Shown here piece by piece: positions 52,520 to 64,000 of a stretch of DNA of 64,000 nucleotides. The notes beneath the pieces were generated by a model. The model saw nothing but the letters and a program-made list of their open reading frames with translations. It made no database searches and was not told the DNA's origin. Source of the DNA: Octopus sinensis. Its lineage: Eukaryota. A program made the translations under genes and the position numbers. Positions within the stretch are counted from its first letter, which is position 1. Every line of letters begins with the position of its first letter. The DNA is taken from the NCBI RefSeq assembly GCF_006345805.1, contig NC_043003.1, positions 89,032,001 through 89,096,000 on the forward strand, written 5' to 3'.

Positions 52520-54480
52520 AAATAAAGAACTTATAATAGGACTTAGATTTATTTTAGAAAACAATTACTTTATTTTTGACAGTAATTTCTACAGACAAAG
52601 ATCGGGAACAGCGATGGGCACGCGTACTGCGCCTTCTTTTGCCAACCTAGTGATGGGATACCTCGAGAAAATACTCTACCAGAAAACACTTGAGAAATAT
52701 GGAAACACCTTCTCCATCTATATCCAGAACAACTGGAAAAGATACCTCGACGACTGCTTTATCCTCTGGGATAAAAGTATAGAGAAACTTGAGGAATTTA
52801 AAATACTATTAAATGGAATAAATGATAATATTCAGTTCACGATGGATCATAACGAAGAAGAATTGCCATTTTTAGACATCCTCATTAAGATAGTCGGCAA
52901 CAAAATAGAGACAGATATCTATTATAAACCGACAGACTCCAAGCAGTACCTACCCTTTGATTCATGCCACCCAAGACACACTAGAATAAATGTCACTTTT
53001 TGTTTAGCTAGAAGAATTTGCACCATAATATCAGACACAAACACCCGACACACACGTCTCCAGGAACTTAGAACTACACTCATAAATAGAAATTATCCAC
53101 AGCTCCTAATAGACAGTGCAATCCAACAAGCACTTAAATTAAGTATAGAAGACCTGAGACAAACAAAACCAAAAAAGAAAGAAAAATTAAAAACCCTTCC
53201 CTACATCTCTACACAGAACCCACTTAACAATGAGGCCTTCAACACCATACAACAAAGCACAGCCCTACTAAAGGGAGACCCAAAGATGAACCGGATCCTC
53301 GAAACACACACCATCATTAAAAGTAAACGGCAACCAAAATCCTTGAAAAAGATTTTAACCTAAGTTAAACTGCACTCAGCATCAACCACAAAACCAGCAG
53401 TTAGAAAATGTGGAAAGCCCAACTGCGGAATCTGTGTCATCTTGGTAGAAGGTTCAGAATTCACATTAGAACAAGGCCATCAGTTCACCATCAGAACAAA
53501 CTTCACCTGTGCATCAGAAAACTTAATTTACGTCTTAACATGCGCAGGTTGCAATAGGCAGTATATAGGCCATACAAAAAACAGCTTACGTAAAAGGATG
53601 GAGGTGCATAAATCCCAAATTAGAAACCCTGAATACCGGAAAATACCAGTCAGCGGACACATAGATAGATGTGCTTCAAATAAAAATCCAAAATTTACAA
53701 CTAGCCCACTTTACAAATTCAGTGATAGCGTAACCTTCACTCAACGCCAAAATAAAGAACTTTATTTCATTAAAAAATTTAGACCAAGTTTGAACACCCT
53801 GGGCCAGGAATATTAAAACAAAACATTGGTCTTCCAAAAAGAAAAATGGAATTCTACCACAACCACCACGATCACTACGACTGCTTCCACTATCACTGCT
53901 ACTACAACCACCGTGGTCACTACAATTGCTGCTACGATCAACAGTCCTCCACTACTGCTGCTGCTACTATGGCCACAACTTAACTGCTACAACCCCAACC
54001 ACCACCACGGTTGCCACTACTACGACCAACAGTAACTGCTACTATTGCCATTTCAGCCACTGGGTCATCCTACTGCTGCTAAGACTGCCACAGCTGAGCT
54101 GCTGCAACCCCAACCACCACCACAGTTACTACTACTACAACCAACAATCACTACTGCTGCTACCATTTCAGTCCCGGGTCATTCTAACACAAGAAAGCTA
54201 AAGAACAACCACATGGATCCCGTTGATACCAGCAAGAAACAATAATGAACTTCTTTACTACACTCAACTTGAAATTTATAGCTATTATACCTTCTACCAA
54301 CAAAACACCACTACATAGATTCTATTGAGACCAGTAAGAAACAATTATGAACTTTTCTATTACACTTTACTTTTTAAAATATTTTTGATAAGGTTCGTTT
54401 TTTCATGAACCGAAACATGTAAAATTCATAAGAAAATTAAAATTGATATAATATAGTGGCATTTTCAAACTTCTTTTTTA
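52520..54480 (+). mobile_element. Penelope-like element (RT, Cys-rich linker, GIY-YIG; Neptune-like), 5'-truncated, one in-frame stop at 53361
   Basis: 'NNYFIFDSNFYRQRSGTAMG..APSFAN', 'RYLDD', 'LPFLDI', 'YYKPTD..SCHP', 'CGKPNCGIC', 'NLIYVLTCAGC..YIGHT'. Confidence 0.92.
54381..54425 (+). ncRNA. Minimal PLE-type hammerhead with U3:A8 core
   Basis: AUUU-UUGAUAA-GGUUC(10-nt loop)GAACC-GAAAC-AU-GUA-AAAU, downstream of the PLE ORF. Confidence 0.6.
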
Positions 54481-54518
54481 CAAATATATACCCACTCGTA
54501 CACGATCTACTATATATA

Positions 54519-54585
<67 letters not shown>

Positions 54586-54716
54586 TATAATATATATATA
54601 TATATATACATATATATATGTAATAATAATAATAATGATAATAAAGGGTATAATTAATTAATTAATAATTTTACCAAGTAGTTCAGTATGTTAAAAGAAC
54701 CATTATTGGCAAAATT

Positions 54717-54895
54717 AAACAAAAATTTTTATAATTATGAGTATAATCATAATTAGGGTTCAGCAAAAATTTGGGGAGATTTTCTTATAGTAGTGAAATA
54801 GTTAGTTTTAACTGCTATTTCTAAATTTCGGTATGTGGTGAAGCAAATTTTTGCTGAACCTTAAATTATACTCATAATTATAAAAAATTTTGTTT
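54717..54895. repeat. Fold-back with ~55-bp arms
   Basis: aaacaaaaatttttataattatgagtataat..ggttcagcaaaaatttg / caaatttttgctgaacc..attatactcataattataaaaaattttgttt. Confidence 0.8.
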
Positions 54896-54903
54896 TATAT
54901 ATA

Positions 54904-54939
<36 letters not shown>

Positions 54940-55120
54940 TGCATTATTGCTCCCCACCATCATTGCTTAGAAATCGATGTTGGTGTGTTCATGTCCCCAT
55001 AACTTAGCAGTTCGGCAGAAGATATCAATAGAATAAGTCCAGGGCTTGATTTCTTCAACTAAAAGGCAGTGCTCCAGCATGGCCAGGCTCAAAAGATTGA
55101 AAGAAATAACAGAGTAAAAG
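54940..55120 (+). mobile_element. SINE 3' half (39081 family)
   Basis: cattgcttag..gatgttggtgtgtt..gctccagcatggcc. Confidence 0.7.
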
Positions 55121-55229
55121 AATAATATATATAAATATCTATATATATAAAAAAACTGAGAATGTGTGTCTGTCTGTCTGTCTGTGTGAATCCCTAAAAC
55201 TTGAGAACTACACAACCATTTTTGGGGAA

Positions 55230-56330
55230 TTAAACGTGCCAAACAATTAGACACAAAAACACTAAGAACAACAAAACATAACACCACACCTCAACTCAAA
55301 ACATTACTATTTATATCAACACACAACCCCTGAAACAGTGAGGCATTCAACACTATTGTGCAAACTCTTCCTTTACTAACTAGAGATCCAAAAATGAACA
55401 TCCTGAAAACACACACTCATCAAATGCAAAAAACAAATTGCTAAAGAGACTACTAACAAATGTGAAGCTTTACAAAACAACCACGAAACCAACGGTTGAA
55501 AAATGTGGACGCCCAAACTGTGGAACCTGCCCCAATCTGCTTGAAGACTTGGACTTCCTTTTCAAGGACAGAGGTTCACAATTAAAACTAGTATCACTCG
55601 TGCCTCTGAAAGCCTAATTTATGTAATAACCTGCTTGGGCTGCGGACACCACTATATTGGACAAACAAGTATGATCTTGAGAAAGAGAACCACTCTACGT
55701 AAAGAGCAAATCCGTTTCCTGCAATACAAATTCCTCTCAGTGAACATATAGAAAAATGTGCAGATAAAATCAAACCAAATTTCAATCTTCCCTTTCTACC
55801 AGTGCAAAGACACAATCTCTCAACTAGAACGTTTAAATAAAGAAACATTTTTTCATTGAAAAATACAAAACACGTCTTAATATGCATGCATAACTAACTT
55901 TTATCTTTTTACATATTTCAATTCACGATTACATCACTGTACATAAATCCCCTCACTAAACAAGGTTTTTGAAACTTGTCTTTGTCTGTACACATATATA
56001 TTCTCCTCCCATTACTGAAAGCTGAACAGTTATCTCCCTTACCCACAACAATAACAATAATAACGACAACCAATTACCTCCCTTTATTTATCTACATGTG
56101 AAGTCATTCATACATTTCATCACACACAACATGGACAAAATTTCTTAAGAACAAATATATATTCAAATAAGTAAAACATAATATCATGAATAGCGACAGC
56201 GAAACCAGTCGATATATTAAAAATTATATTAAAACTACATAAGTGTGCGTATTTTCATTTTTTAATTTCTTATATACATTACAACTCACCACATGGGGAT
56301 AATCGAAATTCCTCTTTTCTGTTACTACTA
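55230..56330 (+). mobile_element. Second, more decayed PLE 3' fragment (GIY-YIG and 3' repeat region)
   Basis: DNA similar to 53130-53800. 'KCGRPNCGTC', 'LIYVITCLGCGHHYIGQT'. Confidence 0.8.
56181..56215 (+). ncRNA. Minimal PLE-type hammerhead with A3:U8 core
   Basis: AUAUC-AUGAAUA-GC(GACA)GC-GAAAC-CA-GUC-GAUAU. Confidence 0.65.
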
Positions 56331-56731
56331 TATATATATATCTGTTTATGTATTTATTGGCTGATTTCATTTACTTGCACCACTTAAAAAGATGTTTAAG
56401 ATTGAAGCCTGGTGCAGCCATCTGGTTTGCCAGCCCTCAGTCAAATCGTCCAACCCATGCTAGCATGGAAGGCAAACGTTAAACGATGATGATGATGATG
56501 ATGATGGAATGTTTACTGCCAAACATTTGTCGATTTTATATCCTCTCCATTTTCATATTTGCCTTATAAATCCTGGGAAATTTCCAATTTATCCCCACTC
56601 ATGCCTAGTATTCAATTGCAATATTGCCTTGCAATAGAAAGCACTTGATTAAAAATACATAGGTACACATCCAGTATTATGTTAAATATTTAATATCCAT
56701 TAGATGGTTTCTTAACCTCTAACTCATACAG

Positions 56732-56850
<119 letters not shown>

Positions 56851-56878
56851 TTCTTTATTCAATGTGTGTGTATATATA

Positions 56879-56928
<50 letters not shown>

Positions 56929-56933
56929 ATATA

Positions 56934-58496
56934 CTAGCATTATGACCCGGCAACGACGGGTCATAGTGCTAGTGCATGTATATATGTGTATATATATGTG
57001 TACATATTACATGTACATCTCTATATATATATCTACACATAAAATACAAAATACAAAGTTATATCTTGATATCGCTAGTGATAACAATACTGAAAATATA
57101 TAACAGACTGGAATTGTAGGCCTCCCTCTTGCAATTTCAATCAATTGTATCTTGTCCTCCCTCTTGTATAGAAAAGTGGCTACAATACAGCCTACCTCTA
57201 CTTTTGGAGGGATATTTTTAATTTTTATCCGGGACGTCCTACGTCCCAGATATAAAGGTAAAAATAAAATATTTCCACTTTGCAAGGTTCGAGTTGAGTA
57301 CTCCCTTGCACGCTCTGTTGACTCGAACCTTGCTTCTACTGTGGCGAATTTACTGCCTCTGGTTAGATACTTGATATCTTTCATAGTCGCACCAAGACAC
57401 TTTTTGATGGTGCTTTCCTCCAGGTGTTCAAATCTTTTTTTTTTCTCTACATTGTATACTTTATAGACAATAGTGTTTTCTTTAATTTAATTTTTTATTT
57501 CGTTTGGTTGTGTTATCCTAGATTCACCGTCTTTGTCGGTGATCAATTTGTATTTCTTCCATTTTAATTTCCATGAGTTCGCGCCCGCCGACGCCTGCTG
57601 CGAAATTCATTTTTGGACTTTCTTCTATCGAAGACATTTTAACAAAAATGCTTCCATGTAAACGGTGAAAATATTGTCAATTTCCCCAAACAGGGACACA
57701 ATTCAATTTTTAAACAATAACCAAAGCTTCTTCTCCCAAAGGGGGGGGGGTTACGGTTTACAATTATTTAACAAATGCAAGACAGAAATGCTTCCCTTAC
57801 GAGGAACCAACAAACGTGATAACAATAGCTAAACAGAAATAATAATAACAACAAACCTTACGGTAAACCAAAAAGCAGTACTCTGTTGAAGCTATAGGCC
57901 TTTATGGATCAGAAATAAACCAACAGCGGTACTCAGTAGAAGCATTTTTTGAAAAAACAGACATTACATACAGCCAAACTTCATATAGATTCTTAATGCT
58001 AGCTAATTAGCAAATAATCTAATGTAAAAGCCGTGCACACCTCCATCTAAACTATTCCATTTCTGCACTTAAATTTTATTTTTTATTTATTCCCATTCAT
58101 GTGAAACCACTGATTCAAGTTCAAGTCATTGATGCAATTTTATACCAATTGCTATTTTTACTTTTGTTATGTTACGATAATATTATACTTTAGTTTGATT
58201 TTAATTATTACTTACTACATATAATTCAATTGTTATTATTATTTTTATTGTTAAAGTGAAAGCATCTGAGAAATATTTTTGTTTCACTTTTAACATGTAA
58301 TACTGAAATAGTGGAGAAGATATAATATTGCTATGGGCTCGCTCTAGGCAAGAAGTTGAACATTTTTTTTGCCTATGAAACTACATGGACCCTAAGTAAG
58401 TCATATGTAAAATTTGAATGAAATTGGTTGTGTAGTTCTCAAGTTTTAGGGAAACACACAGACAGACACACATTCTCAGTTTTATATATATAAAGA
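56934..58496 (-). mobile_element. Non-autonomous Helitron, long version with a 930-bp extra segment
   Basis: Ends match 28245-28858. Terminal palindrome actagcattatgacccggcaacgacgggtcatagtgctagt. Confidence 0.75.
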
Positions 58497-60585
58497 TAAA
58501 CCTGAATCCCATTGTAGCCAACTGATTTATAACCATATACTTACAATACCTGTCATTTCTTTTGTCTATCCTCTCCTCTATTTAGTATAACTATTTCTTT
58601 CACACACATTGCATTGACCAACATACAACACAGCTAATAATTTTTAAGTACAATGGTAGTTTAAGATTCTAAGATGCAAATCAGGTTTAAGTAATATGCC
58701 TAATAAGCTAATAATCAGATACATACATCAGATTAATAAAATTCTTAAAATTCTGTTTACTCAGCTTACAAGTGTAAAAGTTCACACACACACACAAACA
58801 TGCACTGAATTTCTTTTCTCGTTGCTACATTCATTACCAAGTGGACTGATCCGCAAAGAGTGAAGGCTAACAAACACAAGCCACCACCAAATGGTACCAG
58901 ATTCCAAAGGGAAGGTGACAAAGCACTCAAAATGAAAGGAGTTACAAGAGACTTGATTTCTATTCAGCCTCAGACAGGGATATGCAAGTAAACTTGAAGG
59001 GCAGACTTGTCTTCCCAGAGGAGATAGCAGTAACATCACTCCAATGAGACATGCTCCCTACTCTTTAGGAGTGCAAAAACAAATCATCATAGTTGGACTC
59101 ACAGTAACCTAGGAGATCAGACTCAATATTTACCACCAGGTAAAGAAAATCAAATATCAGGATATAGTCAACGAGGCCTTGTTAAGGGTTGGCATGCAAC
59201 CTCATTCCCCACTGAAGTCAGTTGCTACAGTTTTGCAGCTAAGTCGGTGTGCTATTTCCAACAGAAGATAGATTTGGAACCCAGAGAACTGTTTCAATGC
59301 TCAACACTCTAGCCTTTTATAACTTTAAACAAAGCTTCTAGAACCTTCAGAAATATAATTTAGTAGGAATTTCACTTAACTTTCTTTCAAGTATACCATG
59401 TTTACTGGTTATATGCAAGCTGATACTGATTGAACAAAAAAATGTTCACAAAGCAGTTTATGCCTTTTATGGCAATATTGTTGATTTCTCAGAGCTGGTT
59501 GTGCCTTTTATGAAAATATGATTAGGACTTGGTTCTAAACAGGGAATCTAAGGAGAAGCCTCGCTATACTCTCTCCACCCACACTTCTATTGTAAACACT
59601 GGCTTACAATTGTTTAAGTTGAAGACCAATCACATCAATCTTATCAATCAGAAAGGGTGCACTTCCCCTTCTCATATGATTAAAGCATAACAAATGCATA
59701 TATATATACCCACACAAAATAAATAAAATACAAGCATAAACATATTATATTAAGTGAAAACAGAGACATACATATTTAAAAACAGATATCGAAGGAAATA
59801 GAGAGAGCCTAAGCTTTTGAAACACGGGAGCTTTTACATGGTTGTTCAACTCGCAAGAAATAGCAAGCAAATCTCCCACACATCTTTAAAAAAGAGAGAA
59901 TATATTGTATAATGCCATTCTTAATATGTGAAAAAATATTTTGTGTTTATATATTCACAATATGCAGTTTGATTTCACTAACAGAATGTGCCTTCAGACT
60001 GGTTGGTGCTGACACCTCCTTTGTCTTGTTATCTCTGAATTAATTGCTGGTGTGCCCAATTCATTAACAGCAATAGTATAAGCAATTAGTAACTTATATC
60101 AATGCTGTATATTAACCCTTTTGATACAAACCTGCTTCAAACTGCTCATGTCTCTATGCTACAAATTTCCAGCTAAATTAAAACCTTTCATCAAACTTCC
60201 ATGTTTATTTACATTCCAAACACCAGCTTAATATGACAAAGTTATTTCACTAAATTCTTCATTATTTTCAAAATTAATTGAAACAGAATCAATGTAGGCC
60301 AACAGAAAGAGGGTAACAAAAGGATTAATGAGAGCCTCTACTCACAATAGATGGGTTTAACACATAGATCATACTTATTAGTAACTGTAGTTAAAGAACT
60401 TTACAGAGAAATAAACACAGCTCAACAACAACAAAGAGAAACAACTTAATATACTCAACTTTTTCATAACCAACAGTTTCCAGCAATGGCCCAAAATCTT
60501 TTTTACCAATATGTATGCCTTCTTCCCCCACACCACTTAGATGCACTATATACAGACAAATATACACAACTATGTATATATATAT

Positions 60586-60793
60586 ACTCTTTACTCTTTT
60601 ACTTGTTTCAGTCATTTGACAGTGGCCATGCTGGAGCACTGTCTTTAGTCGAGCAAATTGAGCCCAGGACTTATTCTTTGTAAGCCTAGTACTTATTCTA
60701 TCGGTATCTTTTGCCGAACTGCTAGGTTACGGGGATGTTAACACACCAGCATCGGTTGTCAAGCGACGTTGGGGGGACAAACACAGACACACA

Positions 60794-60828
<35 letters not shown>

Positions 60829-61305
60829 TCATCATCATCATCATCATTTAGCGTCCGCTTTCCATGCTAGCATGGGTTGGACAGTTCAACTGGGGTCTGT
60901 GAAGCCAGAAGGCTGCATCAGGCCCAGTCTGATCTGGCAGTGTTTCTACGGCTGGATGCCCTTCCTAACGCCAACCACTCCGTGAGTGTAGTGGGTGCTT
61001 TTTACGTGCCACCCGCACAGGTGCCAGATGGAGCTGGCAAACGGCCACGAATGGATGGTGCTTTTACGTGCCACCGGCACGGGGGCCAGGCGAGGCTGGC
61101 AACGGACATGATATTATATATATATATATATATACATATATACGATGGGCTTCTTTTCAGTTTCCGTTTACCAAATCCACTCACAAGACTTTGGTTGGCC
61201 CAAGGCTATAGTAGAAGACACTTGCCCAAGGTGCCACGCAGAGGGACTGAACTTGGAACCATGTAGTTGGTAAGCAAGCTACTTACCACACATCCACTCC
61301 TGCAC
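60586..61305 (-). mobile_element. SINE (39081 family) split by a nested RTE 3' tail at ~60826-61110
   Basis: SINE tail at 60586-60800 and head at 61140-61305, with LINE 3' UTR sequence between them. Confidence 0.8.
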
Positions 61306-61339
61306 CTACTATATATACATATATATATATATATATATA

Positions 61340-61398
<59 letters not shown>

Positions 61399-61401
61399 TA
61401 T

Positions 61402-61822
61402 AGGCGCAGGAGTGGCTGTGTGGTAAGTAGCTTGTTTACCAGCCACATGATTCCGGGTTCAGTCCCACTGCGTGGCACCTTGGGCAAGTGTCTTCTACTA
61501 TAGCCTCGGGCCGACCAAAGCCTTGTGAGTGGATTTGGTAGACGGAAACTGAAAGAAGCCCGTCGTATATATGTATATATATATATATGTGTGTGTGCTT
61601 GTGTGTCTGTGTTTGTCCCCCTAGCATTGCTTGACAACCGATGCTGGTGTGTTTATGTCCCCGTTACTTAGCGGTTCGGCAAAACAGACCGATAGAATAA
61701 GTACTGGGCTTACAAAAGAATAAGTCCCGGGGTCGATTTGCTCGATTAAAGGCGGTGCTCCAGCATGCCCACAGTCAAATGACTGAAACAAGTAAAAGAG
61801 TAAAAGAGAGAGTAAAAAGAGT
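61402..61822 (+). mobile_element. Young full-length SINE (39081 family)
   Basis: aggcgcaggagtggctgtgtggtaag...(aaaagagt)n. Confidence 0.88.
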
Positions 61823-61829
61823 ATATATC

Positions 61830-64000
61830 TCACTTTCTCTCGATTCCACCCGCCTAGCCAATATGCCCTGCTTCCTACTCACCCTCTCCCCTATAAAAAC
61901 CAATGCACGCGGCCTGACCCTTTCTATTCTTACTTCCATACCCTGGCTGTAACACACGAAACACGAACCTCAGGATGAAAAATAGCAGATATTTTTAAGA
62001 TTTCGACTTGCTCCTCCTTTCATTGTTTTTTTTTGCGAGTATTATCACCATAAAACCTTATTATTTCCTCCTTCTTACGTTCGTCTCAAACGCTAGCTCA
62101 AGCATTTCCTCACAACATATATCTTTCACTCATAGAAACTTATTCCCACGACCACAAAGCATTTCGTCTCAAATCTTGTCTCTCTCCCTCATCTATCGGT
62201 CATTCAATTCTGTCTATTCAATTCCTACACCATTTGCCTATCTATCGGTCTTTTCTGCCACTCAAATTCCTACCCCATCGTTCCCAGTTCGTGGTGGCGC
62301 CCGCCCTCCTACCCGCACCCTCCACCTGTACCAGAAGTCCTTCTCTCATCTCGTCTTCCTTCGCTTTTCATCCATGAACACCTAAAGGCCTTAACCCAAT
62401 ACCACCCCTACTATATAAGGTAGTGACCATACGGTGTAAAACATGATAGTGTAGTGTAAGCAGGTTGAACTTAAGATCATTGCTTTGCTTATGAATTCTG
62501 CCAAATGCGAGCTCTCGTTTCAGGTACATGACGCCACTGCCTCCCGTCCCAGGGTCTCAAGGGCCCATACCTCCCACACCCTCAGGGTTGACACTCTCAA
62601 CGTTGGCACACTGAAAGGTAGGTCTGGTGAGATTGTTGAGATGCTTGAACGGAGACGTGTTGATATATGTTGCATCCAAGAAGTAAGGTGGAGAGGAGGT
62701 TCTGCTAGGTTCCTCACAGGCAAAGAACACAGGTACAAGATTTTCTGGGCAGGAAACACTGACGGGGTTGGAGGTGTGGGTATACTTCTCGCTGAAAAAT
62801 GGGTAGATAAGGTAATTGAGGTAATCAGAGTAAGTGACAGAATACTTAAGATTAGATTAGTGCTTCATCAAGGATTAGCAACCATTATATCGGCCTACGC
62901 CCCTCTGCCGGGGCTACCCGATGGACAGAAGGACCAATTCTATGACACCCTACTGCAGACTACCTCGTTGATGAACGACAGGGACCTTCTCTTTGTGGGT
63001 GGTGACTTCGATGGGCATGTTGGACGACATGCTGGAGGCTTCCATGGTGTACATGGAGGCTATGGCTATGGCTCCCGCAACGAGGAGGGAACCAGGCTGC
63101 TGGAGTTCTGCGATGCAAATGATCTTATGGTTTGCAACACTAACTTCAGAAAACCTACCAGCCACCTAGTCACCTACCGATCGGGCTGACATACCAGCCA
63201 AATTGACTACATCCTTGCCAGGAAAAGGGAAAGATGGCTGCTTATAAATGCCAAAACCTTCCCAGGTGAAGAATGTACCCAACAACATAAACTGGTAGTT
63301 AGTGACTTTAGGATCAGGACTAAGAGGACGACCAGAAGACGACCAACTTGGAGAAGAAGGATCTGGAAGCTTAAAGATCCTGCGAATGGACAGAGACTTA
63401 GGGACATATTACTTGAAGCCTTTGACAAAGTAGAAGGGGATATAGCTTCACGGGGGGTAGAAGAAAACTGGAGGTCTCTAAGGGACAACCTGCTGAGAGC
63501 CACGGACCAGATCTGTGGCTGGTGCAAAGTCCCCTTAAGACCTAGAATAACGTGGTGGTGGAACAATATTGTAGACAGGGCTATTAGAGAAAAGAGACAG
63601 GCTTGGAAGGTCTGGAAAAATGGGGGTAGCAGGGAATTGTATCAGACTGCCAAAAGAGAAGCTAGGAGACAGGTTTATTTAGCCAGAGGGGAAGCAGATA
63701 AGAAAAAATTTGCCAATGTTCTGCGCCGTGAGGACCAAAGACTTGAGGTATTTCGTGTTGCAAGACAGGGTGTGAGAGAGAATCGTGATGTGGTAGGAGA
63801 GAAATGTGTTCGCATGGATGATGGTTCACTTGCGCTAAATGAGGATGCAAAGAGAGGTTTGGAGACATCATTATGAGAGGCTGCTAAATAAGGAAAATGA
63901 ATGGGATAAAGAGAGTCTGCCGAATGTCGACCCAACAGAGGGACCAGCTATCTGAGTTGACAGTTCCTTAGTAGTTAAGGCAATTAGCAGCATGAAGACA
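61830..64000 (+). mobile_element. 5' part of an RTE LINE (family A): putative 5' UTR and APE endonuclease, running off the window
   Basis: 'LNVGTLKGRSGEIVEML..CIQEVRW', 'SAYAP', 'GGDFDGHVG'. Stop at 63187. The 5' boundary is approximate. Confidence 0.88.

Noticed and set aside
60346-60384. AG...GTGAG-bounded micro-exon candidate on the minus strand
   Set aside because: No recognisable cystinosin similarity; such signals occur by chance.

Overview
AT-rich, microsatellite-laden animal genomic DNA, most likely an octopus (inferred from the repeat families), with one 100-N gap. The only host gene I can support is a cystinosin (CTNS) homologue on the minus strand. Its last six coding exons span 35838 to 7945, with canonical GT-AG sites and phases that join into one frame. 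Its N-terminal exons were not found in the window. The rest is mostly mobile DNA: a decayed hAT, a Tigger/pogo fragment, three mariner relics, several Helitron relics, two RTE-clade LINE families (one with a PHD-type finger inside the RT), Penelope-like elements (PLE; RT plus GIY-YIG), many tRNA-derived SINEs, and several fold-back/MITE structures. Main highlights: (1) four type I hammerhead ribozyme motifs, namely a fully canonical one on the CTNS sense strand in its last intron, two at PLE 3' ends with compensatory U3:A8 and A3:U8 core pairs, and one in the loop of a ~440-bp fold-back; (2) an intronless CCDC174 retrocopy fused in frame to a LINE endonuclease; (3) a non-autonomous Helitron carrying a LINE ORF1/gag-like fragment; (4) an unusual GN-to-WG change in the second PQ-loop repeat of cystinosin. 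All calls were made by eye without database searches.
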